Positions 1-11,137 of a stretch of DNA of 64,000 nt are shown here, in pieces (the first letter of the stretch is position 1; each line of letters starts with the position of its first letter). The position numbers and the translations under genes are program-made. The notes under the pieces were generated by a model. That model made no database searches. It was not told the origin of the DNA and worked only from the letters and a program-made list of their open reading frames with translations. Origin of the DNA: a virus (taxonomy: Duplodnaviria; Caudoviricetes); IMG/VR virus record IMGVR_UViG_3300030376_001612, positions 1-64,000 of that record. The stretch is one strand, 5' to 3'.

Positions 1-493
1 TTACACCAACATCTGTAGGTGTACCAGTATTTGTGGTTGTTGTTGGTAATTGTATGCTTTTCTGTACAACTATATTAGTTGTTCCCGTTGTATTACCATT
101 AGCTAAAACTTCTGATAATGTATCTACTGTATCTACTTGTGCATCTACATATGCTTTAATTTGAGATGTTGTAGCTAAACCTGTACTATCACTTGAAACA
201 GCTTGCGTAACAATGTCTAATACAGTATCACCTTCTAAACCATTTGTAATAGTTAACTGATTTGGTGTAGTTGTTGTAATACTTGTAATATCACCAGGAG
301 CTAAGGCTTTCCAAAAAGTTGCATCATATGCACCGGATGCTTTTGTATATACAAATACAGTTTTAGATGCACCAGAATTATAATATACTTGACCTTGTAC
401 AGGACTTGTAGGTGCAGTACCTAAAGAGTGAATTACTGCATTCTGTAACTCATTTTGTTCTAAACTTATACTTGATAAATGTTTTATTGCCAT
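1..493 (-). CDS. Tail/head fibre-like protein, 5' part (runs off window start)
   Basis: Not in ORF track; ATG at 493, reads MAIKHLSSISLEQNELQNAVIHSLGTAPTSPVQGQVYYN...LATTSQIKAYVDAQ...LSEVLANGNTTG; the latter motifs recur in the 48032-50197 fibre. Confidence 0.7.
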   Translation of the reverse strand, partial: MAIKHLSSISLEQNELQNAVIHSLGTAPTSPVQGQVYYNSGASKTVFVYTKASGAYDATFWKALAPGDITSITTTTPNQLTITNGLEGDTVLDIVTQAVSSDSTGLATTSQIKAYVDAQVDTVDTLSEVLANGNTTGTTNIVVQKSIQLPTTTTNTGTPTDVGV

Positions 494-505
494 AACTGTT
501 TAATT

Positions 506-1012
506 TTAATTTAAATAAGCTTTACCACTAAATGATGCTTCAAATGTAATTGTCACTTGATTAGGACTATCATATGCTACACTACCAACAACTACATTAT
601 TACCTGAGTCTACTACTGTAACAGACGGGAATTTTCCTAGTCCGTGTACAATGACCCATGTATTAGAAGCTGCACTTTGATTGTGAACATATGTATCTGC
701 ATCATTAGCTGCATTAACTATTGTTTGTAAATTAACTACACAGTTGGTTTCTGTAGGTAGTGGATCTGTGCAAGGCTCATCCTTAACTGACATAACTTCA
801 AATGGTGCAATAAATTTGCCTTCTTCATTTGTAGGATAAGCTTCTTGAGCCCTCCATTTACTATTCCAATCACATATCTCTTTTTTAATTATAGTTGATT
901 CTAGATCTGTCAAACAACAAGGAGTTATGCCATATCTTTTTGACATAAAATTTTTGTATGCTTGTTCAGCAAACTTTTGATGTTTTTCTATAACTTCAAC
1001 TTCTGAGTACAT
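506..1012 (-). CDS. Putative structural protein
   Basis: C-terminal WVIVHGLGKFPSVTVVDS...G.AYLN beta domain common in phage tail proteins; structural block. Confidence 0.55.
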   Translation of the reverse strand: MYSEVEVIEKHQKFAEQAYKNFMSKRYGITPCCLTDLESTIIKKEICDWNSKWRAQEAYPTNEEGKFIAPFEVMSVKDEPCTDPLPTETNCVVNLQTIVNAANDADTYVHNQSAASNTWVIVHGLGKFPSVTVVDSGNNVVVGSVAYDSPNQVTITFEASFSGKAYLN

Positions 1013-1134
1013 TATTGTTTTTGAGTTTTATTATTATATTCAGTTAAACACATCTTGCAAACTGTGCTGCCATCTTTTGCTATTGCTTTTTGACAACCAC
1101 AGGATATTGGTTTATTGCAATTTTTACAGTTCAT
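1012..1134 (-). CDS. Small Cys-rich protein (40 aa)
   Basis: Own translation MNCKNCNKPISCGCQK...VCKMCL; fills the gap between neighbours exactly. Confidence 0.55.
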   Translation of the reverse strand: MNCKNCNKPISCGCQKAIAKDGSTVCKMCLTEYNNKTQKQ

Positions 1135-1138
1135 TTTT

Positions 1139-1675
1139 CTAACATATTATTTTACTTAGTAATTTTTCTGCATAGTTATATAATTCCATCCCTTTTTTAG
1201 GATTAGTACAATACTCTACTTCTGCTACTGCGGCATCAATTAGAGTTTTAATATAATTCATTTGTCTTAGCAAGTCTTCCCTTTCACTGCTAGGTTCACA
1301 AGGTTTGACATCTATGTCACACAATTTATTATAGTAAGTAGTAAGAAGATTTGTTACTCTCAAATGATTATATTCTACATATACTTTGTCATTAGGAGAA
1401 ACACTGTATCTGATAACATAAACGCCATCAGGTAATTTCATACGCTTTGTGCCACAATCAACTTTTTGAAGTGCAAGAACACACGCATTTAAACAAAGAT
1501 CAAATTCATGATCAACTTTTATTAATACGGGAGCAGTAAACCCAGGCATTGTAATTAATAATTCACTACAATCTACATTTAATTTTTTAGTATATTGACT
1601 TGTATCTTTGACACATAAGACTTCACAATTACTAACCGTAGGTACTTCTAAGCTTAAAATATGTTTTTCTGCCAT
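1139..1675 (-). CDS. Putative tail/ring structural protein
   Basis: LPDGVYVIRYSV motif; position in virion block. Confidence 0.5.
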   Translation of the reverse strand: MAEKHILSLEVPTVSNCEVLCVKDTSQYTKKLNVDCSELLITMPGFTAPVLIKVDHEFDLCLNACVLALQKVDCGTKRMKLPDGVYVIRYSVSPNDKVYVEYNHLRVTNLLTTYYNKLCDIDVKPCEPSSEREDLLRQMNYIKTLIDAAVAEVEYCTNPKKGMELYNYAEKLLSKIIC

Positions 1676-1748
1676 TATATATATGTATTTAGTCCGGAAT
1701 AACTACACTACAACAATAATATACAAAATTAATCATACAATATAAAAT

Positions 1749-1779
1749 AAAAAAGACAGGACTTTTAGGTCCTGCCTTT
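1749..1779 (-). terminator. Rho-independent terminator
   Basis: AAAGACAGGAC/GTCCTGCCTTT stem, U-tract on minus strand, after 1814-3028. Confidence 0.7.
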
Positions 1780-1813
1780 CTTAAAATAATATGAAATCTA
1801 CTTAAATTATATA

Positions 1814-3028
1814 TTAAGCATCTGGTGTTTCAATCTTAACCATGTTCTTCACGTCATTAGCTAAAGTTTCAACCCTAGTCATTAGGACATCCATTTTACT
1901 AATTAGATCTGAATCTGAACACTTAACAAAAATTTCATATAGATATTGATCATTATCAAAAGTTCCTGTAGGATTATTAAATCTTGGAACACTGTGTTGA
2001 ATATAATAAGATCTGTATAAAGCTGATCTATCTACAGCTGCTAAAATCTTATCTGATCCTTCAATCTCTCTAATTCTTGCGCTATCAATTGCTCCTTGAC
2101 TAAATGGATTTTGTGCATAAGCTTCAGATAACAATACTTTTCTTAGTACTGTTTCTCCAACTGTCTGCTGCATTTTACCAGGAGTTTTTGCAGATGTACC
2201 ACATGAATCACATGGGTCACCTTTCATGTCAACAAATGACAACTCAACTGATAAAGGCTCTTTTCCATAGAAGTCTCTTGTATCAAATGATGCATTTCCA
2301 AATGTACTCTCAACATAAGCAGCTTCAACTTTAAGTGTAGCTGATACATTATCTGATACTGGATCTGTACTTGCAGTATATGCACCAGAAACTCCAGCAT
2401 CTAATACTTGAGAAATAGTTTTAGTAGCATTACTACCGTTTGTGTTTATTACAACACCACCACCCGTAGCTTCTTGAATAAAAGGTTTTACAACTGGATC
2501 AGCTAATAACATTCTACCAATTGTAGCTAGAGCTACAGCTGGATCAACGTGAGTCTGACCATCTGCACAACATACTGAACCACTGTCTCCAATAGCGTAT
2601 ATGTTTTTATTTAAGAATCTTAGAGCAGGTGATCCTTTGATATCTACTCTTACATATTGTGTTTCACCACATGGGGAACAATCTTTACCGATTGATACCT
2701 GAGCTGTAGCTTTTACTGGGTTAACACATGCACCTTTCCAAAGAGCGTTAATATACTTTGGATTGATACCTTTAGACTTTACAGATTCAGAGTAACCTCC
2801 ATGTCCTGGATTGTTACCAATAGAGTCTGCTGTCTGATAATTTCCTTGAACTAGGTATAATAGACCGTTGTTACCAAGTGAACCATTTGCAGTTGCAATA
2901 GTTTGCCAGTCACTACTATCTACTAATCCTAATGTTCCTGCTGGTAAAGCTGAAGTCGCTGTGTTAGCGGTTGCATCAACTTCTGCAACAACAAAGCTTT
3001 TTACAAAAGCGTGATTAAAATAAGCCAT
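1814..3028 (-). CDS. Auxiliary capsid/structural protein (crAss gene 73-like)
   Basis: 404 aa, own promoter and terminator, position in the crAss MCP-75-74-73 order. Confidence 0.55.
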   Translation of the reverse strand: MAYFNHAFVKSFVVAEVDATANTATSALPAGTLGLVDSSDWQTIATANGSLGNNGLLYLVQGNYQTADSIGNNPGHGGYSESVKSKGINPKYINALWKGACVNPVKATAQVSIGKDCSPCGETQYVRVDIKGSPALRFLNKNIYAIGDSGSVCCADGQTHVDPAVALATIGRMLLADPVVKPFIQEATGGGVVINTNGSNATKTISQVLDAGVSGAYTASTDPVSDNVSATLKVEAAYVESTFGNASFDTRDFYGKEPLSVELSFVDMKGDPCDSCGTSAKTPGKMQQTVGETVLRKVLLSEAYAQNPFSQGAIDSARIREIEGSDKILAAVDRSALYRSYYIQHSVPRFNNPTGTFDNDQYLYEIFVKCSDSDLISKMDVLMTRVETLANDVKNMVKIETPDA

Positions 3029-3127
3029 AATAAATTGTTTTTAAAGTTTATAAATAAAATTAATAAATGTATACCTTCTTAGGTATATAAATAATATACA
3101 AAATATTTCACTAATAACAAACTAATG

Positions 3128-3832
3128 TTAATTAGATCGTTCAGCAGATTGCATGCCTCTTTGCATCTGTATAACATTCTCTATGTCACCAGCAATGAGT
3201 GCTGCAGCTTCATCTATAATTAACTCTACAATGTCATCTCTGAACTCACTTTCAACATTAGTTGAAGTGGTTGTTCCATCTTGTGGATTTACACATCCAG
3301 GAATTTGTATAGTAATTGGTTTTCTATAATACGTTAGTGTTGGTCTGGTAATAGAAAAATCACTTGCTCTATATATTCTAACTGTATTATTTATAAATGT
3401 TGCTATAGTTTCTGCCCATTCAAAATCCGGTTTCTTTAACGGATCTCTTAATATTAAATCAATATTTGCTTCTTCTACTAGATAGACTGTCATAGAATAA
3501 GGCTCCTTACAGCATTCTGATTTTGCTTTTGTACTGAGCCTTTTATATTCTAAATAGTTATCTGGTAATCCATTAGCTTCAAAATAATTATCATTTTCTG
3601 AGCCTGATAGATTTGTTTCTGTTAAAAGTACACTAAGATCATCTATACGTCTTTGAGAACCTTCATCACCTTCTTTAAACTGGTTCATACCATGAAGTTG
3701 TCTTCTTGTCCATTGTAGTGCAGCTTTATTGAAAGCTTCAATTATCTGCCAACATTCTAGGTTATCAAAGTCATTACTAGAGAGCTTGTTTAGTCTCTGT
3801 CTAAGTTTAATTTGTATGAGATCATTAGTCAT
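3128..3832 (-). CDS. Head-tail ring protein (crAss gene 74-like)
   Basis: RRIDDL..LL, LP.NYL, LTYYRKP motifs; synteny. Confidence 0.6.
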   Translation of the reverse strand: MTNDLIQIKLRQRLNKLSSNDFDNLECWQIIEAFNKAALQWTRRQLHGMNQFKEGDEGSQRRIDDLSVLLTETNLSGSENDNYFEANGLPDNYLEYKRLSTKAKSECCKEPYSMTVYLVEEANIDLILRDPLKKPDFEWAETIATFINNTVRIYRASDFSITRPTLTYYRKPITIQIPGCVNPQDGTTTSTNVESEFRDDIVELIIDEAAALIAGDIENVIQMQRGMQSAERSN

Positions 3833-3843
3833 ATTTTAATTTT

Positions 3844-4863
3844 TTAAGCGTTCCAATATGGTTCAACCTTTTCTAGTAAGCTAGTAAGTGCTTCTTCATT
3901 TTCTGGATTCTTTAAAAATGCAACACATTCATCAGGTCTTTTTCCTAATTTAACACTACTATCTAAAGTCTCTATCCATCCATTAGCTTTAGTAGTTATA
4001 AATTTATAATATAGACAATCTTTAACTAGTGCTCTAATTTTAAGATCTTCCATTTTTGACCTAGCTGCATCTATAAATGTTTGTGTTGCTCTTTTCTTAT
4101 TAGACTCAGAGCCTTCACCATTTATATACATATCCATGTTCTCATAAACAACATCATTAGAAATGCTTGTTGTATATTGAGTACTTTCTACATCTACTAC
4201 TTTAGCTACGTATCTTAGTTTTGTTGGATTTTTGTCATATAATTTTTGTAGTTCTACAATAGCTCTGTTTCTTAGTTTGCTAAATTCAGTTCTAGTTGAA
4301 ACAGTTTCCTCTACAGTGTCTAAATAAAATTTAGGTGCATCACCTGATGTCTTAGCATCCTTAAGAGATTTTGCTACAATTGAGAATCCCCCTGCCTTAA
4401 TAGCATAAAGTTTTACTAAATCATAAGGGTCATTGTAAGGATCTAAAAATACGGGATCATTACCACATTTTATACTTATTCTTGACCAAAACTTATCATT
4501 GTCTGGTTTTAATAAAGTAAGCTTGTTCCAAAACTCTTTGTCTTCAGGATCTACAACATTAGCTGCTAGATCTTTTTCTAATTGTGAAACAACTGATCTA
4601 ATTTCTTTTATTTTCTGTTCTCTTTCAGCTACAGCCAGTTTTTTAACTTCTGGTGCAAACTCATTAAGACCAGTTACATATCTCTTAACTCCATTTATTT
4701 CTAAACAGGCTAAGCTTTCTTCATGATAAACACCATCATGTAAGGCCATTCCATAATTTTCTAATCCCATATTGCTTTTGCTAGGATTAAAGTATGGGCG
4801 TACAGCAATACTACTATTTTGTTTGGTTTGCTGATACTTTTCTACTATTGTATAATCACTCAT
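3844..4863 (-). CDS. Conserved protein downstream of MCP (crAss gene 75-like)
   Basis: 339 aa, synteny, C-terminal LG....CVAFLKNPENE. Confidence 0.55.
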   Translation of the reverse strand: MSDYTIVEKYQQTKQNSSIAVRPYFNPSKSNMGLENYGMALHDGVYHEESLACLEINGVKRYVTGLNEFAPEVKKLAVAEREQKIKEIRSVVSQLEKDLAANVVDPEDKEFWNKLTLLKPDNDKFWSRISIKCGNDPVFLDPYNDPYDLVKLYAIKAGGFSIVAKSLKDAKTSGDAPKFYLDTVEETVSTRTEFSKLRNRAIVELQKLYDKNPTKLRYVAKVVDVESTQYTTSISNDVVYENMDMYINGEGSESNKKRATQTFIDAARSKMEDLKIRALVKDCLYYKFITTKANGWIETLDSSVKLGKRPDECVAFLKNPENEEALTSLLEKVEPYWNA

Positions 4864-4965
4864 TTTTATTGGTTTTTAAAATTAATATTCAACTCAAAAG
4901 TACATAATTATGTACATTCTTAAAATATCTAATGCTGAGCCTAAGCCCAGCACAAGTTTTTTGAG

Positions 4966-5226
4966 TTACGCTGTAACTATTTTTAATGCTCCTGCAGTAT
5001 GATAAATATCACCATTGACTAGACCTGCAGTTTTAGCTGCAGCATTGTTTGCATGATTTCTTGCTAAAAGTGCAGCATTACTAACTTTAGATATAGGGCC
5101 AACAACTTTGTTGACTTCTGCTATAACCTCATTAACATGCGCATATCTTGCTAAACCATGTTCAGCTCTTGGTGCTTTACCTAAAACAGAATCATCTACA
5201 ACTTGCTTTACTTTTTTTATTGCCAT
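4966..5226 (-). CDS. Small head fibre/decoration protein
   Basis: ANNAAAKTAGLVNGDIYHTAGALKIV tip motif; adjacent to MCP. Confidence 0.5.
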   Translation of the reverse strand: MAIKKVKQVVDDSVLGKAPRAEHGLARYAHVNEVIAEVNKVVGPISKVSNAALLARNHANNAAAKTAGLVNGDIYHTAGALKIVTA

Positions 5227-5252
5227 GATATAATCTTTTTTACAGGTTAAAC

Positions 5253-5288
5253 AAAAAAAAGGAGGAGGGTTTAATCTCCTCCCTTTTA
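5253..5288 (-). terminator. Terminator after MCP
   Basis: GGAGGAG/CTCCTCC stem flanked by A8 and T5. Confidence 0.75.
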
Positions 5289-5295
5289 ATTAATA

Positions 5296-6912
5296 TTAGA
5301 ATGATCCTCCTGTAATTGGATTTCTCATTACAATTTTTAGAACTTTACTTGGATCTTTCACCCAGATAGCCGGCATGGTTTGAGTCATCATAACTCTATA
5401 ACCATTAAAGTTACCAGTTGAAGCAAAACCTTGGTTTCTTCCCATGTAGTCCATAGTACCATTTTGGTAGAACCACTTAAGTTGATTATCCCAAGATAAC
5501 TTCAATAAGTGAATGTTATCATTTCCGTTCTCTGTTACATCAAAAATAATGAAGCTGTAAGAACTTAATGGACGTCCGTCAATTAATGGGTTCTCAACAT
5601 CATTAGTATGTAAGTTATCAAATGCTGGATTCAATACAAATTTAACGTTAGCTAAGAATGGAATAGTAAAGCTTGTGTAAGCAAAACCAAAGTCTAGATC
5701 CATTCCAGAACCTTTAACAGCTCCAATATCAGAAGCATTTTGTACTAAACCAGAACCATATACTTCATCAGCAATAGCTTTGTTGATCAACTGCATTCCA
5801 CCAATACCTGTTTGTACAACAAGTGATCTTTGTGGATCTGGGCCTTTGAATTCAACTTTACCTTGGTAGAAGTTATATAATTCAGATTTGAACATATCAA
5901 GAGTGAAGGAAGATTTGTTATAAACTCTTTTAAATGAGTTATCTAACTGAGACCATAGACCAACTGATAATCTAATATCATCTGGACCATCTTGTCTAAT
6001 TCTACCACCTTTACCCCACATTAGGTAAGTTTCAATGTCATTAGCAACTTTGCTTAAGTGCGCAGCTTCTAGATTTGTAATGAAAGATCTAGTCAATTGA
6101 CCGCTTTCAAATGCATCTCTAGCACCTGATTTACCCATGCTTGCTACTAACTCTTCAATAGAGCTAACTGACATATTATCACCTGCACCAAAATTTCTCC
6201 AAATTTCAGTTACAGGAACTGTTCCGTCTGCATTCAATCCTCCTTTGATCATAAGATCAGCTCTAGAAGAAATTGAATAGTGTACGTGAGCTTCAGCTCC
6301 TCCTACAAAGTTGTAGAATTCTCTGAACCCTGAGCCAGCTTCAATATCACTGAATCTTTCACCATACTCTCCTCTTGCAGAACCTTTTCTAAAGAATTTA
6401 GTTCCTGAAGCTAAGTATTTGTTGTCTAAGATAGCAGCGCTATTATTGTTGACTAATTGTACTGTGTAGATGAAACCATCACCTGCAGGGATAATATCAT
6501 CTGCTGTGATGTAAAGTTCTAATCCGTTATACTTGTCATAAGTGATAATATCACCATGTCCAAATGCACGTTTAGATAATTTTACTTTAAAGGTAGTTCC
6601 ATCAATACCTTTAGAAGCGTTTGAAGACTCAATGTCTGCCACTATAAATGGTAGATCTTGAGCTACTGGAGTTTGCCATTTGTACTCGCCTCTAGCGTTG
6701 TCCACAAGAATTGTATTCTTTCCACCAAATGAAGCCATTTGATATAGGGGCATTTCAACTTTTTGAGTCATTGCCCATAAATCAACTGGACCTAGATCCT
6801 GAGGTTCTGCTGAACCTAGCATCGCTGTCAAGTGATAAGAATCAATGTGAGAACTTGCTTTGTAGCTTGTATCCCTTAGGAAAATTCCATTGTTTAAAAC
6901 TGGAGTTGCCAT
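5296..6912 (-). CDS. Major capsid protein
   Basis: 538 aa, order portal-scaffold-MCP, strong terminator after it, crAss-like size. Confidence 0.8.
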   Translation of the reverse strand: MATPVLNNGIFLRDTSYKASSHIDSYHLTAMLGSAEPQDLGPVDLWAMTQKVEMPLYQMASFGGKNTILVDNARGEYKWQTPVAQDLPFIVADIESSNASKGIDGTTFKVKLSKRAFGHGDIITYDKYNGLELYITADDIIPAGDGFIYTVQLVNNNSAAILDNKYLASGTKFFRKGSARGEYGERFSDIEAGSGFREFYNFVGGAEAHVHYSISSRADLMIKGGLNADGTVPVTEIWRNFGAGDNMSVSSIEELVASMGKSGARDAFESGQLTRSFITNLEAAHLSKVANDIETYLMWGKGGRIRQDGPDDIRLSVGLWSQLDNSFKRVYNKSSFTLDMFKSELYNFYQGKVEFKGPDPQRSLVVQTGIGGMQLINKAIADEVYGSGLVQNASDIGAVKGSGMDLDFGFAYTSFTIPFLANVKFVLNPAFDNLHTNDVENPLIDGRPLSSYSFIIFDVTENGNDNIHLLKLSWDNQLKWFYQNGTMDYMGRNQGFASTGNFNGYRVMMTQTMPAIWVKDPSKVLKIVMRNPITGGSF

Positions 6913-6969
6913 AATTGATTGTAGTTTTTAATAGTTAATAATTAATGTTAAATGTAAATATAAAAATTC

Positions 6970-8262
6970 TTAAAATCTTTTAAATATGTTTTGTTGTCTT
7001 TTTAATTTCTTGCTTCCTCTCTTTACTGTAGTGTCTTCTTTTTGTTCTACTCCTAAAGAGGCTCCACCGCTATTTACTTGTTCAGTCTTTAATTTTCTGA
7101 CTGTTTTCTCAATTGTTTTCTGAGCTCCTTTTTCCATAATCTTACTTTTGTAACCATCTGGATCTTGTAATAACCAAAGGGCTTCAGATATAAGACTATA
7201 ATTAGGCTCAACAAATTGATACTTTTCAAGTAAGTGTCCTAACAGGTTAGTGTTACGTCCACTTACAGAAGGATAATTAGGTTGTACAAGTCCATTATAT
7301 AACATTGACTGAGTCTTCTTGTCTATTTTTATATCACTCAAAGCTCCGTCTTTTAATGTATCATATACATTTTGCATATAATCTTTAGATGCTTGTTCTT
7401 GTTGTTTCTTTTTCATCTCCTGTTCCTGGAGTTTTTTGGAAACAACTTTTTCTTGCATCTTCTGTAACTTAGGTTGAAACTTAAGAGCTTGTTGCTCTAG
7501 CTTTCCTAAGTCTTTCCAAACTTCTACTTCCTCTGCTATCTCTTCTGCTGTACCATATCCGGTTGCAGAAAGGTATTCATGGATTACTCTTTCTTGTCCT
7601 CTCTCAGACTTTACATCTATAGTACTAGTTTCTTCAACTTGTGCTAGTGTCTGAAATAAACCTTTAAGATCTTTACCACCATCAAATACATATCTTGCAG
7701 CAATCTTTAATTCATCTGGCAAACTTTCAAAGAACTTAGCGGGAGTTTCTTTTCTAACTTGGTTTGCCTTTTCTTCCATGTTAGCGTCAATTAACTCTTC
7801 CCAATCTTTTGCTGAATAATCAGCTAGAGGTTTGTCATCATCAAAAGGAACAATCTTGTCAGATTTAATTAGCTTGTCAAATACATCAGCTATTCCTTCT
7901 ATTTTCTTTCTACCTCTTTTTTTAGTTTCTGTTTCTTCTTCATCTGTTTCTTCCAAAGAATCTAAAACATCATCTAAAGTTGCAGCTGGTTCCTCTTCCT
8001 TTTTTTCTGCTTTTGGTTCCTCTTTAGCTTCTTCAGCTTTAGGTTCTTCAGCAGCTGGCTCCTCAGCTACAGGCTCTTCAGCCTTTTCTTCTTTTTTATC
8101 TAAAAAATCTAAGTCAGCCTTGTCTTTTTTAGAAAAGATATTTTTTGGTTTTGCTTCTGGAGTTACTATTGCATCAGCATCTGGTGCTGCGGCAAATAAC
8201 TCATCTAAATTTATATCCACTTTTTCAACAGTAGTGTCCTGTGTTTTATTCTCTTGTGCCAT
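6970..8262 (-). CDS. Acidic scaffold-like protein (crAss gene 77-like)
   Basis: Glu/Lys-rich helical 430 aa between portal and MCP. Confidence 0.65.
   Translation of the reverse strand: MAQENKTQDTTVEKVDINLDELFAAAPDADAIVTPEAKPKNIFSKKDKADLDFLDKKEEKAEEPVAEEPAAEEPKAEEAKEEPKAEKKEEEPAATLDDVLDSLEETDEEETETKKRGRKKIEGIADVFDKLIKSDKIVPFDDDKPLADYSAKDWEELIDANMEEKANQVRKETPAKFFESLPDELKIAARYVFDGGKDLKGLFQTLAQVEETSTIDVKSERGQERVIHEYLSATGYGTAEEIAEEVEVWKDLGKLEQQALKFQPKLQKMQEKVVSKKLQEQEMKKKQQEQASKDYMQNVYDTLKDGALSDIKIDKKTQSMLYNGLVQPNYPSVSGRNTNLLGHLLEKYQFVEPNYSLISEALWLLQDPDGYKSKIMEKGAQKTIEKTVRKLKTEQVNSGGASLGVEQKEDTTVKRGSKKLKRQQNIFKRF
7981..8091 (-). repeat. Degenerate 15-nt coding repeat (AEEPx)
   Basis: AEEPVAEEPAAEEPKAEEAKEEPKAEKKEEEPAA. 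Confidence 0.7.
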
Positions 8263-8400
8263 AATTGTTGGTTTTAATTAATAATATTATTATGTACATA
8301 TACAATATAAGAATTAATATTGACATGTAAACTTATAATATTTTATTATTTATAACATTTTGTGCAATATATAGCTAACGTTAAAAATCTTTTTTACAAA

Positions 8401-11136
8401 TTAACTTTCTTTGTCATATTTGTTTTTATTCTCTCTTGCTATTTGTAGATTTTTATTAGCAATATCTCGCTGTGTAGCTAGCTTTTCTCTGTCTATTTGT
8501 AGTTTGGCTTGAGCTTGAGCATTCTTCTGAGCGTTCTGCTCTCTTTTCATGTTCATTTGCTCTCTGTATTGTGAAGTTTGTTGAATATCTTTTAAGGCAT
8601 CTTGATAGTCTGACTGCTTATTTTCATTTAGGTCCATCATAGATCCATAACCTGCAGCTCTTATTTCAGCAACTGTAATATTATTTTGTCTTTCTTTATC
8701 CGCTTCATTAGACTGATATTCAAGTTTTAACTGATTCTCTTCAGCTTGAGCTTTCAATTGCTCTTCTTGCATCTGTCTTTGCTGTTGCATTTCTTGTTGT
8801 TTCATAGCCTGAGTTTTTTGCTCAGAGTCTTTAAGAATATCAGTTACTTCTGCAATTGAATCTGCTTTTAATATATTACCTAAATCATAAATGCTTGCAC
8901 CTGTAGTATTGTTAGTTAGTGCCATTTGTTTTAACTGCTCTAATACTTGTCTATGATTTGTTCTTGTAGTAGCAAAAATATTAAAGTCTCTCATTAATAA
9001 ATCTGTGCCATTAATTGTAAAATTAACTTTTTCAGCTGCCGTAGAAATATATTGCAACCTTAAACTTGGAGTGTTGCTGTAGTAGTACTGAGCCAGATCA
9101 GTTCTCATTTTGTGTACTCTTGGCATAAGATTATCTGAATGATTTATAAAGTAAGTCTCAGTTTGTGCAAATGACTGCTGTAATGCTTGTGTAACACCAG
9201 TAGCTGTTTGTTGTGCTACAGGTCCTCCAAGTCTTTGCGGGTTGATTCCTATTGCCTCAAAAGCTTGAGACTTAAAATAATTTGCTAGTTGTATCCTTGA
9301 CATTAATCTATTAGTTTGCTCCATGTTTAGAGTTTGATAATGATTAAAGTTAGTTGCATTTTCTGTATTTGTTATTGATGTATCAAGAGGTAGCATCTGA
9401 AAATCTTTCATTGCTACAAATGCCTTAGCATAATTATTTTTGCCCCAATCTTCTCCCATACCATGACGTGGTAAAGCATTTTGATCAAACATAATAATTG
9501 TACCTAGTTCATCAACAAGTATATCTGCTATTTGATTATTTACCATATTGTAACCAACTTGGTAAGCTTTCATTAAATCTACTAAGGATGTAGATCTAGT
9601 ATTTCTATCAGAAAATACTCTACCTTCAACAGGTAGTTTACAACCATATAAAGTTTTATCTCCTTTAAATTGGAAAGGTATTCTTCCTGGTTTTACTTTA
9701 TCAATCCCTAAATAAATAGGATCAACATTATTACCCATTTCAGAACGCCATCCTGTAGGAGAATTTGGACCTATTTTTACACCACCCCATACTTCATTAA
9801 TCCAAATGTAATCTACATGTTCTCCTTCTAATAAATTTTCTTTTGTTTTATTTTTGATTAACGTAGTATCATATACAGGCTTCATTGAAACTTTAAATGT
9901 TTCATCTACTAGTTCTTGCATAACAGTTCCATCTTTCTTTATGCAAGTAAGATGACCAACTTTTCTTTGTGTTTTCCAGTAAACTGTGGTTACACGCATA
10001 AGATCAGCTTCACCCCATTGCATAACATCTTCCCCTTCATTTAGAATTGCACTTACTATATCACCGCCTCTAGCTGGATCATCTGACCAATTGCTTATAT
10101 ATCTTCTAAAGTTTAAACTTGGAGCGTTTGTATTCCAAGCATGTGATCTACTTGCATCATAATATGAACCGTCATTCTGATATCCATTAACTTGATACAT
10201 AGAAGATCTAGCAGGATATATTTTGTTTAAAGACTTTAATTGTTTTTCATTCATCAAATATCCATACTTATCAATAACATCTGACACAGTCATAAGATCC
10301 ATCTTACCTGCATAGTTTGAATCAGATATATATCTTGTCTCTGGAGACTTTTGATAAAAAGTTAAAACAGGATTCCATAATTCTACATCATAATCATCTT
10401 CTAGCATTCTAAAATGCCAAAACTCTCTATCAGCAATAAGCATATCTCTAAAAGCTCTTTCTTCAAGTTCTTGCATTTTAAATCTTTCAATGTCTACATT
10501 CATTTGATGAGTAGCCCATTCTTCAACCATACTTCTATAAGACTTACTAAAAAAATCTTCTATTTCAGGTAGTGATTTAATCTTTTGTGGATCCATCATT
10601 TCCTTTGCTTCTTCAGAACCAGGATTAAGACCCATCTCTAACATCTTCATCAATTGTTTTTTTTGTGCGTCCGCAAGTAAGTTCTGTTCTACCAAGGCTC
10701 TTTTTGATTCTAACATCTCATTGTATGATGTATCATCTACAGCCCTAAACTGAACTTTTGAAAATCTTTTTGAAAACTCTCCACTAAGTACATTAACTAC
10801 ATTTGGGATAATAGGATAAAACTTTAATTCAAGTGCTGACTCATCTTCTTTAGTTAAGACATCCATAAGATCTTTATGGTCATTGTCTTCTTCAATGATA
10901 TAATCTTTTTTGTCTATAATACCTTTGGCAAGTTTATAGTTTTTTAATAGCTTTCTTGCATTTCTACGCAGGAATTCCATTCCTTGTAACTCAAGCCAAT
11001 CTAAATTCCAAGCTGACCAGTCATCATTCTTTTTGTTAGCCGGTAAAAACTGGATTGGTTGTGTTAAGGATGAAGATACATGACCTCCCTCTTTTTTGGC
11101 TCCTGCCTTGAGTTGCATTGCATTAAATACTCTCAT
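8401..11136 (-). CDS. Portal protein
   Basis: 911 aa after TerL; YPIIPNVVNVLSGE, GINPQRLG, Gln-rich coiled-coil C-terminus. Confidence 0.85.
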   Translation of the reverse strand: MRVFNAMQLKAGAKKEGGHVSSSLTQPIQFLPANKKNDDWSAWNLDWLELQGMEFLRRNARKLLKNYKLAKGIIDKKDYIIEEDNDHKDLMDVLTKEDESALELKFYPIIPNVVNVLSGEFSKRFSKVQFRAVDDTSYNEMLESKRALVEQNLLADAQKKQLMKMLEMGLNPGSEEAKEMMDPQKIKSLPEIEDFFSKSYRSMVEEWATHQMNVDIERFKMQELEERAFRDMLIADREFWHFRMLEDDYDVELWNPVLTFYQKSPETRYISDSNYAGKMDLMTVSDVIDKYGYLMNEKQLKSLNKIYPARSSMYQVNGYQNDGSYYDASRSHAWNTNAPSLNFRRYISNWSDDPARGGDIVSAILNEGEDVMQWGEADLMRVTTVYWKTQRKVGHLTCIKKDGTVMQELVDETFKVSMKPVYDTTLIKNKTKENLLEGEHVDYIWINEVWGGVKIGPNSPTGWRSEMGNNVDPIYLGIDKVKPGRIPFQFKGDKTLYGCKLPVEGRVFSDRNTRSTSLVDLMKAYQVGYNMVNNQIADILVDELGTIIMFDQNALPRHGMGEDWGKNNYAKAFVAMKDFQMLPLDTSITNTENATNFNHYQTLNMEQTNRLMSRIQLANYFKSQAFEAIGINPQRLGGPVAQQTATGVTQALQQSFAQTETYFINHSDNLMPRVHKMRTDLAQYYYSNTPSLRLQYISTAAEKVNFTINGTDLLMRDFNIFATTRTNHRQVLEQLKQMALTNNTTGASIYDLGNILKADSIAEVTDILKDSEQKTQAMKQQEMQQQRQMQEEQLKAQAEENQLKLEYQSNEADKERQNNITVAEIRAAGYGSMMDLNENKQSDYQDALKDIQQTSQYREQMNMKREQNAQKNAQAQAKLQIDREKLATQRDIANKNLQIARENKNKYDKES

Positions 11137-11137
11137 G